From Aulosira sp. ZfuVER01 (GTDB taxonomy: Bacteria; Cyanobacteriota; Cyanobacteriia; Cyanobacteriales; Nostocaceae), in the NCBI GenBank assembly GCA_034530615.2, contig JAVRCV020000007.1:1-64000 (forward strand): a stretch of 64,000 nt of DNA, in the 5' to 3' direction. Positions 1 through 9,640 of the stretch are shown here, in pieces (positions within the stretch are counted from its first letter, which is position 1; the number at the start of each line of letters is the position of its first letter). A program made the translations under genes and the position numbers. A model generated the notes under the pieces. That model saw only the letters and a program-made list of their open reading frames with translations. It made no database searches and was not told where the DNA came from.

Positions 1-94
1 TGTTTCCGATTTCCTTCCTGATTATACTCCTCCCGTAGTAACAAAAGAGGGATAAAATAGGAAATCACAATACTAAATTTATAGCAGCAATATA

Positions 95-700
95 ATGCGA
101 ATCTTATACTATACGCAGCGATCGCCTTACGCTCGTAAAGTGAGAATTGTCCTGGCAGAGAAGCAGCTATCTTGCGAACTGAAAGAAACAGATATTAACA
201 ATAAATCAAAAGAATTTCTCAGTTTATCTCCCATTGGGAAAGTTCCCCTATTAGTGGATGAAAATGGCCTCGTTTTTTGGGATTCAACGCTGATTGTGGA
301 GTATCTAGACGACACTTATCCTCAGCCCAGTTTTTATCCTAGCGATCGCATTGAGCGTTTGTGCTGTCGTCAGGGGGAAGAGTTAGCAGACAATTTGATA
401 GACAATGTTGTGGGATTGTGGTATGAAACTCGTAAAGGAAATCAAGCTGATTCTGGCACCCAAGCTAAATATCAGTCCAGCATTAATCGTGTTTTAGGTG
501 TTTTTGAGCAAAAGTTGACGGGATCAGCCTACCTATTTAATGAAACTCTGAGTGCTGTTGATGTTGCAGCTCTATCAGGGTTGGGTTACTACAGCCTAAG
601 ATTTGGCAATAATTGGCAGCAAGAGTATCCTGAATTAAGTCAATGGTATGAGGTATTGCATCAACGTCAGTCGGTTTCCTCTACCATGCCAAAAGCATAA
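95..700 (+). CDS. Glutathione S-transferase family protein
   Basis: N-terminal SPYARKVRI, SPIGKVPLL and WDSTLIVEYL GST motifs; helical C-domain with SAVDVA N-cap. Confidence 0.9.
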   Translation: MRILYYTQRSPYARKVRIVLAEKQLSCELKETDINNKSKEFLSLSPIGKVPLLVDENGLVFWDSTLIVEYLDDTYPQPSFYPSDRIERLCCRQGEELADNLIDNVVGLWYETRKGNQADSGTQAKYQSSINRVLGVFEQKLTGSAYLFNETLSAVDVAALSGLGYYSLRFGNNWQQEYPELSQWYEVLHQRQSVSSTMPKA

Positions 701-781
701 AGCAACTTAGCTTATTTTGATTGCTTGTGTTTAGAGGGCTACAACTATTTACGCCGAGCGCATATCGAATTCTAGAAAATA

Positions 782-930
782 ACACCAATTTGAAAAATGA
801 TTGCGACAGATGGAAATCTGAAATGCTTATCCAATAGATGTTTCACAATCCAAAATCTGTCTTGAAAAGTTTGCTCAACGGGGGGAACCCCCGCACGCAA
901 CTTTCCGCAAAATCTAAAATCCAAAATGGT
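782..930. repeat. Small intergenic repeat element (ACCAATTT...AAAATGGT ends, AAAATCY heptamers) with an inserted ~50-bp hairpin repeat
   Basis: Imperfect inverted ends; inner GTCTTGAAAAGTTT...GGGGGAACCCCC...AACTTTCCGC (~859-908) has a relative at ~54928-54980. Confidence 0.5.
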
Positions 931-950
931 ATAACCGTCTATTGGATGAA

Positions 951-1958
951 TTAAAATCTAACAACTACTTTGCCGCTATTTTGACCACTCAAGAGATATT
1001 GAACAGCGCGAGGAATAGATTCTAGACCTTGAAATTGAGTTGGGTCAATGGCAACTTTGAGTTTACCATTGTAGAAGAGATTTAACAGGCGATCGCGTGC
1101 CTCTGGTATATGTTCTTTATAATGGGGCATGAGAAAGCCTCGCACAGAAGCAGCTTTCCAAAATAGTTGGTGATAAATTCGGGGTTGAGTAATTTGTTCT
1201 ATGTCCTTCGCGTATTCGGAGATGAAACCAACCACCACTAAGCGTCCCCGCACTGCTAAGTTTTCCACGCAGGTATCGAAAACCTGTTTACCTACACAAT
1301 CAAAAATCAAATTAATCCCGTTGGGATATTCTTGCTTGAGGGCTTGGTTGAGGTTTTCTGTGCGATAGTTAATAATGCGATCGCATCCTAATTGTCTCAA
1401 TAACTTTGCCTTTGCCTCAGAACTGCAAGTACCAACGACATGATTACCTGCTAACTTTGCTAATTGCACCGCAATATGACCAGTTCCCCCTGCTGCTGCT
1501 GTCACTAAAACCACTTCATTACTTTTCATCTCCCCTACTTGTTCTAATGCAACTAAAGCTGATACACCTGTAGGCATTAGTGTTAGTAACTCTGGCGTTG
1601 CTTGGCGTACCTTAACTGCTAAGTTTGCATCTACAACTTGATATTCTCGATAACCACCACCACGCGCTGTCATGATGACAGCATCACCAATTTGAAAATC
1701 TTTGACATCTTCACCTATAGCAACCACCTCTCCCACTGCTTCCACACCCAAATCAAAGGGAGGAATTAAGTTTACATAGGGAACTTCACCACGACAAAGT
1801 AATGTATCAAAGCCACCATTAACGCCAGCGAATTTGTTTTGAATTAAAAGTTGATTAGCAGCAGGTTTTGTAAGAGAAACTTCGACTATTTCAATAGCAG
1901 ATTTAAAATCTTGATTCAGTTGCTTGGCTATTAACTTTCTATAGGTGGTTGCGTTCAT
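951..1958 (-). CDS. MDR-family NADP-dependent oxidoreductase (prostaglandin reductase/ZADH2-like)
   Basis: PFDLGVEAVG, VLVTAAAGGTGHIAVQLAK nucleotide-binding motif, C-terminal GKVVV. Confidence 0.88.
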   Translation of the reverse strand: MNATTYRKLIAKQLNQDFKSAIEIVEVSLTKPAANQLLIQNKFAGVNGGFDTLLCRGEVPYVNLIPPFDLGVEAVGEVVAIGEDVKDFQIGDAVIMTARGGGYREYQVVDANLAVKVRQATPELLTLMPTGVSALVALEQVGEMKSNEVVLVTAAAGGTGHIAVQLAKLAGNHVVGTCSSEAKAKLLRQLGCDRIINYRTENLNQALKQEYPNGINLIFDCVGKQVFDTCVENLAVRGRLVVVGFISEYAKDIEQITQPRIYHQLFWKAASVRGFLMPHYKEHIPEARDRLLNLFYNGKLKVAIDPTQFQGLESIPRAVQYLLSGQNSGKVVVRF

Positions 1959-1992
1959 TTCTAAAAATTGTAATTCCCTTACTTTGAGTTAT

Positions 1993-2025
1993 AGATCCCC
2001 GACTTCTTTAAGAAGTCGGGGATCT
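1993..2025. repeat. Palindromic repeat AGATCCCCGACTTC-TTTAA-GAAGTCGGGGATCT (possible terminator or mRNA stabiliser)
   Basis: Perfect 14-bp stem; related copies at 26967-26998 and 32981-33009. Confidence 0.75.
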
Positions 2026-2042
2026 GCTTGCTGACAAATGTT

Positions 2043-2846
2043 TTATGATGCTCCTAAAGCTTTATCCCACTCTAATTGATGAGCCAAACCATACTTGATA
2101 AAATCTTCTTCTTTAGCTTTATCGCTCTTACCAAAAACACCTAAGCTATAAGGATTATCTTGCATCCGTTCTGCGACTTGCTCTTTTTCAAATCTGATTA
2201 CTTCCTCTCTAGGTTGATCTGGTTTAAAAAAGTCTACAACCAAAACAGTTCTGTCATAATTAGTATAATTATGCGGACAGTGCGGATAGCTATGATCTAA
2301 AACCATGAATTCTCCTTCATGCCAATAAAGCTGCTCATGGCAGATTTTCATGGCTACATCACCCTCAGGGACAATTAATCCTAAATATCCACGATTCATG
2401 TGTGGATTATAGTTCACATGAAGTTTAATATCTAAACCTGGATGAAATGTTCCAAAATACGCATTTCTGATGATATTATCGTCGCTATAATTGACTTTTT
2501 CTATCGACTTAGCCAAATTTGGGAAATATTTCTCTCTTAATGTAAGTGCTTTTTTTGCTGCATCATCTGTTCCATAATCAGGATATTGTATTTGATGCAA
2601 TTGAATATATTCGTCAATGAATAAACCTTGAAATAAAATCCCAAAAGCACTGTATTTAGAACTGCCTTTGGTTTTAATAGTTTTACTTTTAGGCCCCAAA
2701 ACCTCATAAGTAAATTTTAAGTCTTCATTTGAAGCATTATTAATAAAGTATGTAAACTCATCTCTAATCATTTGCCAGTTATCTTGCAAGCTTTTGAGAA
2801 ACGGGAATTCTTGTGGATTCAGATGATATTCATTAAAACTTTCCAT
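2043..2846 (-). CDS. Aspartyl/asparaginyl beta-hydroxylase-domain Fe(II)/2OG oxygenase
   Basis: IKLH...YLGLIVP...WHEGEFMVLDHSYPH...N...RTVLVVDF matches the AspH/LpxO pattern. Confidence 0.8.
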   Translation of the reverse strand: MESFNEYHLNPQEFPFLKSLQDNWQMIRDEFTYFINNASNEDLKFTYEVLGPKSKTIKTKGSSKYSAFGILFQGLFIDEYIQLHQIQYPDYGTDDAAKKALTLREKYFPNLAKSIEKVNYSDDNIIRNAYFGTFHPGLDIKLHVNYNPHMNRGYLGLIVPEGDVAMKICHEQLYWHEGEFMVLDHSYPHCPHNYTNYDRTVLVVDFFKPDQPREEVIRFEKEQVAERMQDNPYSLGVFGKSDKAKEEDFIKYGLAHQLEWDKALGAS

Positions 2847-3033
2847 TGTCTTATTTCCTGAAGATGTTTTAATAAAAAACTGTTACAGCGCGAGCAAATG
2901 TTGCTTGCATCCCAGTACGATGTTGGAATTCCTGACTAACCTAGGTTGATGTTTTGTTCGTAGTGACAACTTCAGCCCTCAAAACCACGAGGACTAAAGT
3001 CCTCAAGACAAACCCTTTAACACTCATTCTAGT

Positions 3034-4521
3034 GTGAAGTCTATTGTGTCTGAACCTACTGTATTAGATAAAATAATCAAAAATGTGCGGGTAGTTCGTC
3101 CCCATGATGATACTGTCGAACTACTTGATTTAGGAATTAGAGATGGGAAATTTGCTGAAATTGCTCCTCATATTAGCCCAGACAAAGGTCAAGAAGTATT
3201 TGATGCCAACAATCTGCTAGGCTTTCCTGGGGTTGTGGATGCTCACATGCACATCGGTATATATCAACCCCTCAACCAAGATGCTGTGACTGAAAGCAAA
3301 GCAGCCGCAATGGGAGGCGTAACTACCAGCCTGAATTACATTCGTACAGGGCAGTATTATCTCAACAAAGGTGGCTCTTACAGAGATTTTTTCCCAGAAG
3401 TATTAGCCTTATCTGTAGGTAATTTTTTTGTAGATTACAGTTATCACGTTGCACCGATAGCTAGCCAGCATATCGAAGAAATACCGCTACTTTTTGAACA
3501 ATATGGTATATCTTCCTTTAAAATCTTCATGTTTTATGGCGGTTATGGGTTACATGGTTTGTCAGACCAGCAAAACCTCTTTTTGATGATTAATAAAGAG
3601 GAACGCTACGATTTTGCCCATTTTGAATTTATTATGCGCGGGCTAACACGCTTGATGGAAGCACATCCAGAAGCGCGAGATACTATTAGCTTGAGTTTGC
3701 ACTGTGAAGTTGCAGAAATTCTCAATGCCTATACAAAAATAGTTGAAAATGATGCTAGTCTTAGTGGACTGAAAGCTTACAGTGCAGCGCGTCCGCCTCA
3801 TTCTGAAGGTTTAGCAATTTGCATTGCTTCTTATTTAGTGCATGAAACTAACTGTGCAAATATCAATTTGTTGCACCTGAGTTCGCGTAAAGCAATGGAA
3901 GCAGCTTTGACTATGCAAACTGCTTTTCCTCATATCAATTTTCGGCGCGAAGTTACTGTGGGACATTTATTATTAGATGTTGATACTCCTAATGGTACTT
4001 GGGCAAAAGTAAATCCTCCGATCCGTCCCCGTGCTGATGTGGAATACTTATGGCAAGCAGTACTGAATAATCAAGTAGATTGGATAGTTAGCGACCATGC
4101 TTGCTGTTCGGCTGAACAAAAAAGAAGTGCTAAAGACCCGCATAATATTTGGTTAGCAAAGTCTGGTTTTGGGGGTACAGAATATTTACTTTCTGGTGTG
4201 TTGAGTGAAGGTAGTAAGCGGGGAATGTCTTATAACCAGATGGCAAAATTGCTTTCTTGGAACCCATCGCGGCGTTTTGGGTTGTTAGAAAAAGGTGATA
4301 TCGCCATTGGTTATGATGCAGACTTGGTGCTAGTAGACCCCAATGAAAGTTTTGTGGTACGTGCTGCTGAGTCAGAGTCACAGCAAGGTTACACACCGTT
4401 TGAAGGGGTGGAATTGACAGGACGGGTGAAGAGTACCTTTTTGCGCGGAAATCTGATTTATAACAACGGACAGGTTTTGGGTTCGCCTACTGGACGTTAT
4501 TTGAAACGTTCCCATTTTTAG
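3034..4521 (+). CDS. Cyclic amidohydrolase (allantoinase/dihydroorotase/hydantoinase-like)
   Basis: PGVVDAHMH, AAAMGGVTT, FKIFM (carboxylated Lys), LHCE, LHLS, KVNPPIR, SDHA, GYDADLVLVD; start may be GTG 3046. Confidence 0.9.
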   Translation: MKSIVSEPTVLDKIIKNVRVVRPHDDTVELLDLGIRDGKFAEIAPHISPDKGQEVFDANNLLGFPGVVDAHMHIGIYQPLNQDAVTESKAAAMGGVTTSLNYIRTGQYYLNKGGSYRDFFPEVLALSVGNFFVDYSYHVAPIASQHIEEIPLLFEQYGISSFKIFMFYGGYGLHGLSDQQNLFLMINKEERYDFAHFEFIMRGLTRLMEAHPEARDTISLSLHCEVAEILNAYTKIVENDASLSGLKAYSAARPPHSEGLAICIASYLVHETNCANINLLHLSSRKAMEAALTMQTAFPHINFRREVTVGHLLLDVDTPNGTWAKVNPPIRPRADVEYLWQAVLNNQVDWIVSDHACCSAEQKRSAKDPHNIWLAKSGFGGTEYLLSGVLSEGSKRGMSYNQMAKLLSWNPSRRFGLLEKGDIAIGYDADLVLVDPNESFVVRAAESESQQGYTPFEGVELTGRVKSTFLRGNLIYNNGQVLGSPTGRYLKRSHF

Positions 4522-4603
4522 GCATTAAATTAGCGCGGTTGCGCCAGTAGTGGACGATTTTTAGTTAAAACTGCGCTAAAGCGCAACTACGAACATTTTT
4601 TAT

Positions 4604-5590
4604 TTGGTTACTAGAGTGAAAGCAGCACGTATTTATAACTACAATGGTGCAACTGCTGTAAGGGTAGATGAGGTAGAAGTTTTGCCACCTGGGCCTGGTG
4701 AAGTCAGAATTCGGGTAAAGGCTGCGGGAATGAACAATTCTGACTTACAGACAACTTATGGAACCTATCGAGGATATGGTCATCAAGAATTACCCCTTAT
4801 CCTAGGACAGGAAGCGGCTGGTGAGGTTGATGCTGTTGGGTTAGGAGTGAAGGAATTTGTGCCCGGAATGCGTGTAGTTGGACGTGTGAGGGGTGCTTTT
4901 GCGGAAATGGCTTATGGTGTTGCAACTGAATTGTTACCTCTTGCTGATGAAGTGTCATTTACAGTAGCAGCCAGCTTACCTATTGCCTATCTAACTGCTG
5001 GGATGGCTTTGATTCACAAAGCCAATGTCCAGCCTGGAGAGTGGGTTTTGGTACATCCTGGGAGTGGCGGTGTTGGCAGCGCAGCAGTTCAACTGGCTCA
5101 ATTGCTAGGAGGGCGAGTTATTGCCACTGCGGGTAATCAGGCAAAGGTACAGCGATTACTTGAGTTAGGTGCATTACAGGTGATTGATTATAGTCTTCAA
5201 GATGTAGCTTCCGAAGTGCGGAGAATTACCGACAATTCAGGGGTACAGGTGGCGCTTGATGGTGCGGGGAAAGTCACCTTTGCTGATTGTATCGAAGCGA
5301 TCGCCAATAATGGTCGTATTGTCAGTTATGGTACTACCACTGGCATGGATGCTGCCCTGCCTCTGGGCAAACTGCTAGGGCGCAATGCAACAATTTACGG
5401 CATCGCTCTCTGGTATAACAGCGATTATCACTCTAGTTTGGCGACACTTCGGGATTTAGTGATTCCAGCAGTTGCTCAGGGAAAAATACAGCCGACAATT
5501 GATGAGATAGTTGATCTAGAAGAGGTGTCTGGGGCATTGATCAAAATGCAAAACCGCGATTTGATGGGGAAGATTATCGTGGTGCCGTAA
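4604..5590 (+). CDS. Zinc-independent quinone oxidoreductase (MDR family)
   Basis: PGPGEVRIRVKAAG, LGQEAAGEV, VLVHPGSGGVGSAAVQLA, GKIIV. Confidence 0.88.
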   Translation: MVTRVKAARIYNYNGATAVRVDEVEVLPPGPGEVRIRVKAAGMNNSDLQTTYGTYRGYGHQELPLILGQEAAGEVDAVGLGVKEFVPGMRVVGRVRGAFAEMAYGVATELLPLADEVSFTVAASLPIAYLTAGMALIHKANVQPGEWVLVHPGSGGVGSAAVQLAQLLGGRVIATAGNQAKVQRLLELGALQVIDYSLQDVASEVRRITDNSGVQVALDGAGKVTFADCIEAIANNGRIVSYGTTTGMDAALPLGKLLGRNATIYGIALWYNSDYHSSLATLRDLVIPAVAQGKIQPTIDEIVDLEEVSGALIKMQNRDLMGKIIVVP

Positions 5591-5636
5591 TTTCAAATCT
5601 GAATTTAAGCTCCAGTAATGTAGGGAGTATAAGAAC

Positions 5637-6452
5637 ATGAGCCAACGTATCAAGAGAGCATTTTTAGATACAGAAGATGGACAAATTCTTTACCGTATAG
5701 CTGGAGAAGGTGAACCCATACTTTTACTGCACATGACTCCCCGCAGTAGTGATGAATTTAAAGAATTAATGCCTATTTTGGCTGCCAACAAATTAGTCAT
5801 TGCAATGGATTTAATGGGATTAGGTGATTCTGACAAACCCCCCAGAGTTTATTCAGTTGCAGACTATGCCAAAAATGCGATCGCACTTTTAGACGAATTA
5901 GGCATAAACAAGGCAAGTATTTTCGGTAGTGTTACAGGAGGTTACATCGCTGGAGAAGTTGCAGCAGCTTACCCAGAACGAGTTGAAAAACTTATCCTCT
6001 GCAATGTAGTTGGATTAGACGAAGAGGAAACAAACAAGATTTTAAAGAGATATTCTCAAGGGTTTCAAATTCAAGAAGATGGCTCTCACCTGATGGAAAG
6101 ATGGCTAGCTCGTGTCAGTTACGTTGGACAGGGGGAGTTAAATCACCGTTGTGTTGTGGATGATTTGAAGGCTTTTAACTCTCCTGTCTACCCTGGTATA
6201 GCAGTGGCAAACTATTGTATTTCTGCCCAAGAGAGATTTCGTTTGATTAAGTGTCCAACTTTGATTTTGTCGGGAGAAAAGGCTTTAGAACCTTTGGAAA
6301 AAGTTGGGTTAGCCAAAGCTGAGAATCAATCTTGGCTCAAAGAAGTAATACCTCATAGTCAAAGTGTCGAACTAGAAGGTGGAACCCTTTGGATGGTCAA
6401 TCAAATGCCGGAAGAAATATTAAAAGTAGTACTCGATTTTCTAGAAAATTAG
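5637..6452 (+). CDS. Alpha/beta-hydrolase fold protein, non-canonical active site (paralog 1)
   Basis: PILLLH, AMDLMGLGDSDKP; elbow reads GSVTG, not GxSxG. Confidence 0.85.
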   Translation: MSQRIKRAFLDTEDGQILYRIAGEGEPILLLHMTPRSSDEFKELMPILAANKLVIAMDLMGLGDSDKPPRVYSVADYAKNAIALLDELGINKASIFGSVTGGYIAGEVAAAYPERVEKLILCNVVGLDEEETNKILKRYSQGFQIQEDGSHLMERWLARVSYVGQGELNHRCVVDDLKAFNSPVYPGIAVANYCISAQERFRLIKCPTLILSGEKALEPLEKVGLAKAENQSWLKEVIPHSQSVELEGGTLWMVNQMPEEILKVVLDFLEN

Positions 6453-6512
6453 TAAAGATTTGTGCTAAAAAGGTGCGCTACGCGACAACGCACCCTACAT
6501 TTTCATCTAAAA

Positions 6513-6974
6513 TTATTTGCGATCGTCTACCACGACATCAAAGTGTTTAACTTTGGTTTCTGGTTTTATGAGATATTGGTTATCTCTAGGAAGAGGTCTG
6601 ACTTTTTCAATGTCGTTTCCAGCAAACTTACGAATTGCATCTCGTGATTCCCAGTAAGAAATAACAGTAAATTCTGTATTATTTCCATCAATTCTGCGAA
6701 GTACTTGCGCTCCCAAATTACCAGGAATTGTCTCGATTTTTTTAATTCCAGATTCTACCAAATAAGCATAGTATTCATCGGCTTTCGATGTCGGGGTTAT
6801 ACCATGCCAAATACGAGCAACTACTTTCTTTGATTGGGTAGTAGCAGAATTATTAGGTATATTTTGTGCTGAAACTGTAAGGGTTTCAACCTGTGCAATA
6901 GCAGCCAGTGGCATAATCAAAACTGAAACCGCCAATCCACAAAGAATACCCGAAAAATTACTCGATCTAATCAT
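6513..6974 (-). CDS. Secreted ABM-like dimeric alpha/beta-barrel protein
   Basis: Signal-peptide-like N-terminus from ATG 6974 (ORF extends to 7022); VARIWHG...IPGNLG...FTVISYWESRDAIRKFAG. Confidence 0.7.
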   Translation of the reverse strand: MIRSSNFSGILCGLAVSVLIMPLAAIAQVETLTVSAQNIPNNSATTQSKKVVARIWHGITPTSKADEYYAYLVESGIKKIETIPGNLGAQVLRRIDGNNTEFTVISYWESRDAIRKFAGNDIEKVRPLPRDNQYLIKPETKVKHFDVVVDDRK

Positions 6975-7258
6975 TAGGCATCTCCAGGTGCATCTGACAC
7001 TACTATACCTACTTGCGATCAATCTCTATCAACTCTGGTAAATAATAAGCCATTATCATTTGTCAAAAAAAAGATTTAGTTTGATTAAGTGACCTTTTAG
7101 AAGAAGTATTAAAAGTAGTAGTTTATTTTTTGGAAAATCAGTAAGTACTTGTGCAAAATTAATTAAGAATTTTTGCAGAGAGGGAGAGCAGGGAACGAAA
7201 AATATAACTGCGTAGTAAATATATAAATAAATTTGCCTACCTATTTAGGAGGAAAACA

Positions 7259-8182
7259 ATGAACAACGAATTACCACTGATTATCGAGTGTCGTTGTAAC
7301 GAAATAGCCTATCGCCAGGACAATCCTGCTGTACCCTACTCTCCAAAAGACATTATCCGCGAAGCAGTTCGTGCCTGGGAAGCAGGGGCTTCGATTTTCC
7401 ATTGGCATGGGCGAGATCCTGATAGTGGCGAACCACGCAACGATGTTGAGCTTTATCTTGAAGTGATGCAGGGAATTCGTGAACAGACGGATCTTCTAAT
7501 CCATCCGACGCTTGGCTACATCACACAGAATCGGGTAGAGGATCGTGTCCGCCACATCTTGGCAGTGAATGACGATCCAGTGCTGCGGGTTGACATGGCA
7601 CCAGTGGATTTCGGTTCGCTCAACGTAGACTTCTGGAATCCCCAGGCGAAACAGTTTACTACTTACGATCAAGTGTATGTTAATACCCGTGAAAACCTCA
7701 AGGCGGTGCTTGAAGTATTCAAAAAACACAATATCTATGTCAGTTCAGTCTGTTGGGACGTAGGGCAAATGCGAACAGCGCGTTGCTTCCAGGAAATGGG
7801 ACTGCTGCCTCGGGAAACGCTTTGGGAGTTTGTCTTTACTGGGGAAGTAATGCCGGCTGGAGCTGCGGCGACTATACCGGGTTTGCAAGCGTTTATAGCT
7901 GAGGTTCCTACAGGGAACCAGTGGTTAGCACTTTGCTGGAATGGCGACGTAATGAGGGTGGCAGCTTGGGCAATCACCCTTGGCGGACACGTCGGCATTG
8001 GGCTGGGAGATTATGCTTACACTCGCTTTGGCAAGCCGAACAATGGTGAGTTAGTAGACAAGGTTGCAAAGATGGCGCATACGCTAGGTAGGGAAGTGGC
8101 AACGCCAGCGCAGGCACGTGAAATTTTGAAGATGCCGCCGCGAGTTTCCCAACGTAAAGAGCTACAGGCAACTGCTAACTAA
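7259..8182 (+). CDS. DUF849 / beta-keto acid cleavage enzyme (Kce-like) family protein
   Basis: NPAVPYSP, EAGASIFHWHGR, DFGSLN, LGGHVGIGLGD, N.ELV, GREVATPAQAREIL; AGGAGG RBS. Confidence 0.9.
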   Translation: MNNELPLIIECRCNEIAYRQDNPAVPYSPKDIIREAVRAWEAGASIFHWHGRDPDSGEPRNDVELYLEVMQGIREQTDLLIHPTLGYITQNRVEDRVRHILAVNDDPVLRVDMAPVDFGSLNVDFWNPQAKQFTTYDQVYVNTRENLKAVLEVFKKHNIYVSSVCWDVGQMRTARCFQEMGLLPRETLWEFVFTGEVMPAGAAATIPGLQAFIAEVPTGNQWLALCWNGDVMRVAAWAITLGGHVGIGLGDYAYTRFGKPNNGELVDKVAKMAHTLGREVATPAQAREILKMPPRVSQRKELQATAN

Positions 8183-8290
8183 GGCGGTGGAAAAAGTCTA
8201 GCAGCAAATTTCGCTAATTAATTGGCTTTGAGAATGTATGGTGGGCAATGCCCACCTAGAGAAAAATGTAACTGCGATCGCTCAAAAATC

Positions 8291-9112
8291 ATGAATCAAA
8301 AGATTAAACGAGCTTTTTTAGACACAGAAGATGGACAAATTCTTTACCGAGTCGGTGGAGAAGGTGAACCGATACTTTTACTGCACATGAACCCTCGCAG
8401 TAGTGATGAATATCGCGAACTTATGCCGATCCTGGCTCAACACAGACGAGTTATAGCAATGGATTTGATGGGGTTTGGTGATTCGGATAAACCACCGAGA
8501 ATGTATACAATCGCTGACTATGCCAAAACAGCGATCGCACTTTTAGATGAATTAGGTATCGAAAAAACCAGCATTATGGGCAACCATACAGGTGCTTTTG
8601 TGTCTGGTGAAATAGCAGCAACGTATAGCGATCGCGTTGACAAACTGATCTTAGGTAACGTAGCTGGTTTTGGTGAAGGAGGACAAGCAGAGCTATTTAG
8701 AAGATTTGAAGAAGGTTTTAATATCAAAGAAGATGGCTCTCACCTGATGGAAAGATGGTTAGCCCGTTCTCGATATGTAGGCTCTGCCGAATTAAATCAT
8801 CGTTGGGTTTTAGACGATTTAAAATGTTTTGGTCATCCTTTGTATGCAGTTTGGGCTGTAGGTAATTACTGTTTAGATGCACCAGAAAGATTTCGTGCCA
8901 TCAAGTGTCCAACGTTGATTATCTGGGGAATGGATGATGTCAAAGAATTTGAAAAACTAAGTTTAGCAAAAGCTGGCGATCGCTATTTTCTTTCTCAAGC
9001 AATTCCTCATGGCAAAGTAGTTGAATTTGACCAAGGAACAATTTGCATGATGAATCAAATAGCTGAAGAAGTATCGCAGGCAGTAATCAACTTTCTGAAC
9101 AATTCAGAATAG
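8291..9112 (+). CDS. Alpha/beta-hydrolase fold protein, non-canonical active site (paralog 2)
   Basis: Clear paralog of 5637-6452; ATG 8291 aligns with paralog start; elbow GNHTG. Confidence 0.85.
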   Translation: MNQKIKRAFLDTEDGQILYRVGGEGEPILLLHMNPRSSDEYRELMPILAQHRRVIAMDLMGFGDSDKPPRMYTIADYAKTAIALLDELGIEKTSIMGNHTGAFVSGEIAATYSDRVDKLILGNVAGFGEGGQAELFRRFEEGFNIKEDGSHLMERWLARSRYVGSAELNHRWVLDDLKCFGHPLYAVWAVGNYCLDAPERFRAIKCPTLIIWGMDDVKEFEKLSLAKAGDRYFLSQAIPHGKVVEFDQGTICMMNQIAEEVSQAVINFLNNSE

Positions 9113-9120
9113 TTCAGTCT

Positions 9121-9579
9121 CTAATTTTCGAGGACGGCTGTACACTTAATTTCTACGATTAGTCCTGGTGTAGATAAAGCAGTTATCCCAAATCCCGTCC
9201 AAGTAGGGTAATTATTAGTGAAATAGCGATCTTTTACTTTCATAAACAGTGGCAGGTGTGGAATAGTAAACTGTTTTTGTTCTGAACCATTAGCAGACTC
9301 AGCTTGCAAATTACCGAGATTCACCCCTGTCACATGGTAGGTAATCATCTCTACCACATCGTCAAAAGTGGCTCCTGCTGCTGTCAGTACCTTTTTCACA
9401 TTCTCGAAAGTCTGGACAAATTGGGCTTCTACTCCCTCTATTACCTGTAAATTTTCATCTCGTCCCACCTGTCCAGAGATATATAAAGTATTCCCTACCT
9501 TAATACCAGGGCAGTAGTGATACTTTTCATATAAGACTTCCATGCTTTGGGGAATAATGACTTCGCGAGTCTTCGCCAT
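9121..9579 (-). CDS. Rid (YjgF/YER057c/UK114) family protein
   Basis: LYISGQVG, FENVKKVLTAAGATFDDVV, PTWT, VEIKCTA. Confidence 0.88.
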   Translation of the reverse strand: MAKTREVIIPQSMEVLYEKYHYCPGIKVGNTLYISGQVGRDENLQVIEGVEAQFVQTFENVKKVLTAAGATFDDVVEMITYHVTGVNLGNLQAESANGSEQKQFTIPHLPLFMKVKDRYFTNNYPTWTGFGITALSTPGLIVEIKCTAVLEN

Positions 9580-9640
9580 CTAAGTAGCTCCACACTTTTC
9601 AACTAAAAATCAACCTCGTCCAACTTCAGAACGGAAGTTT

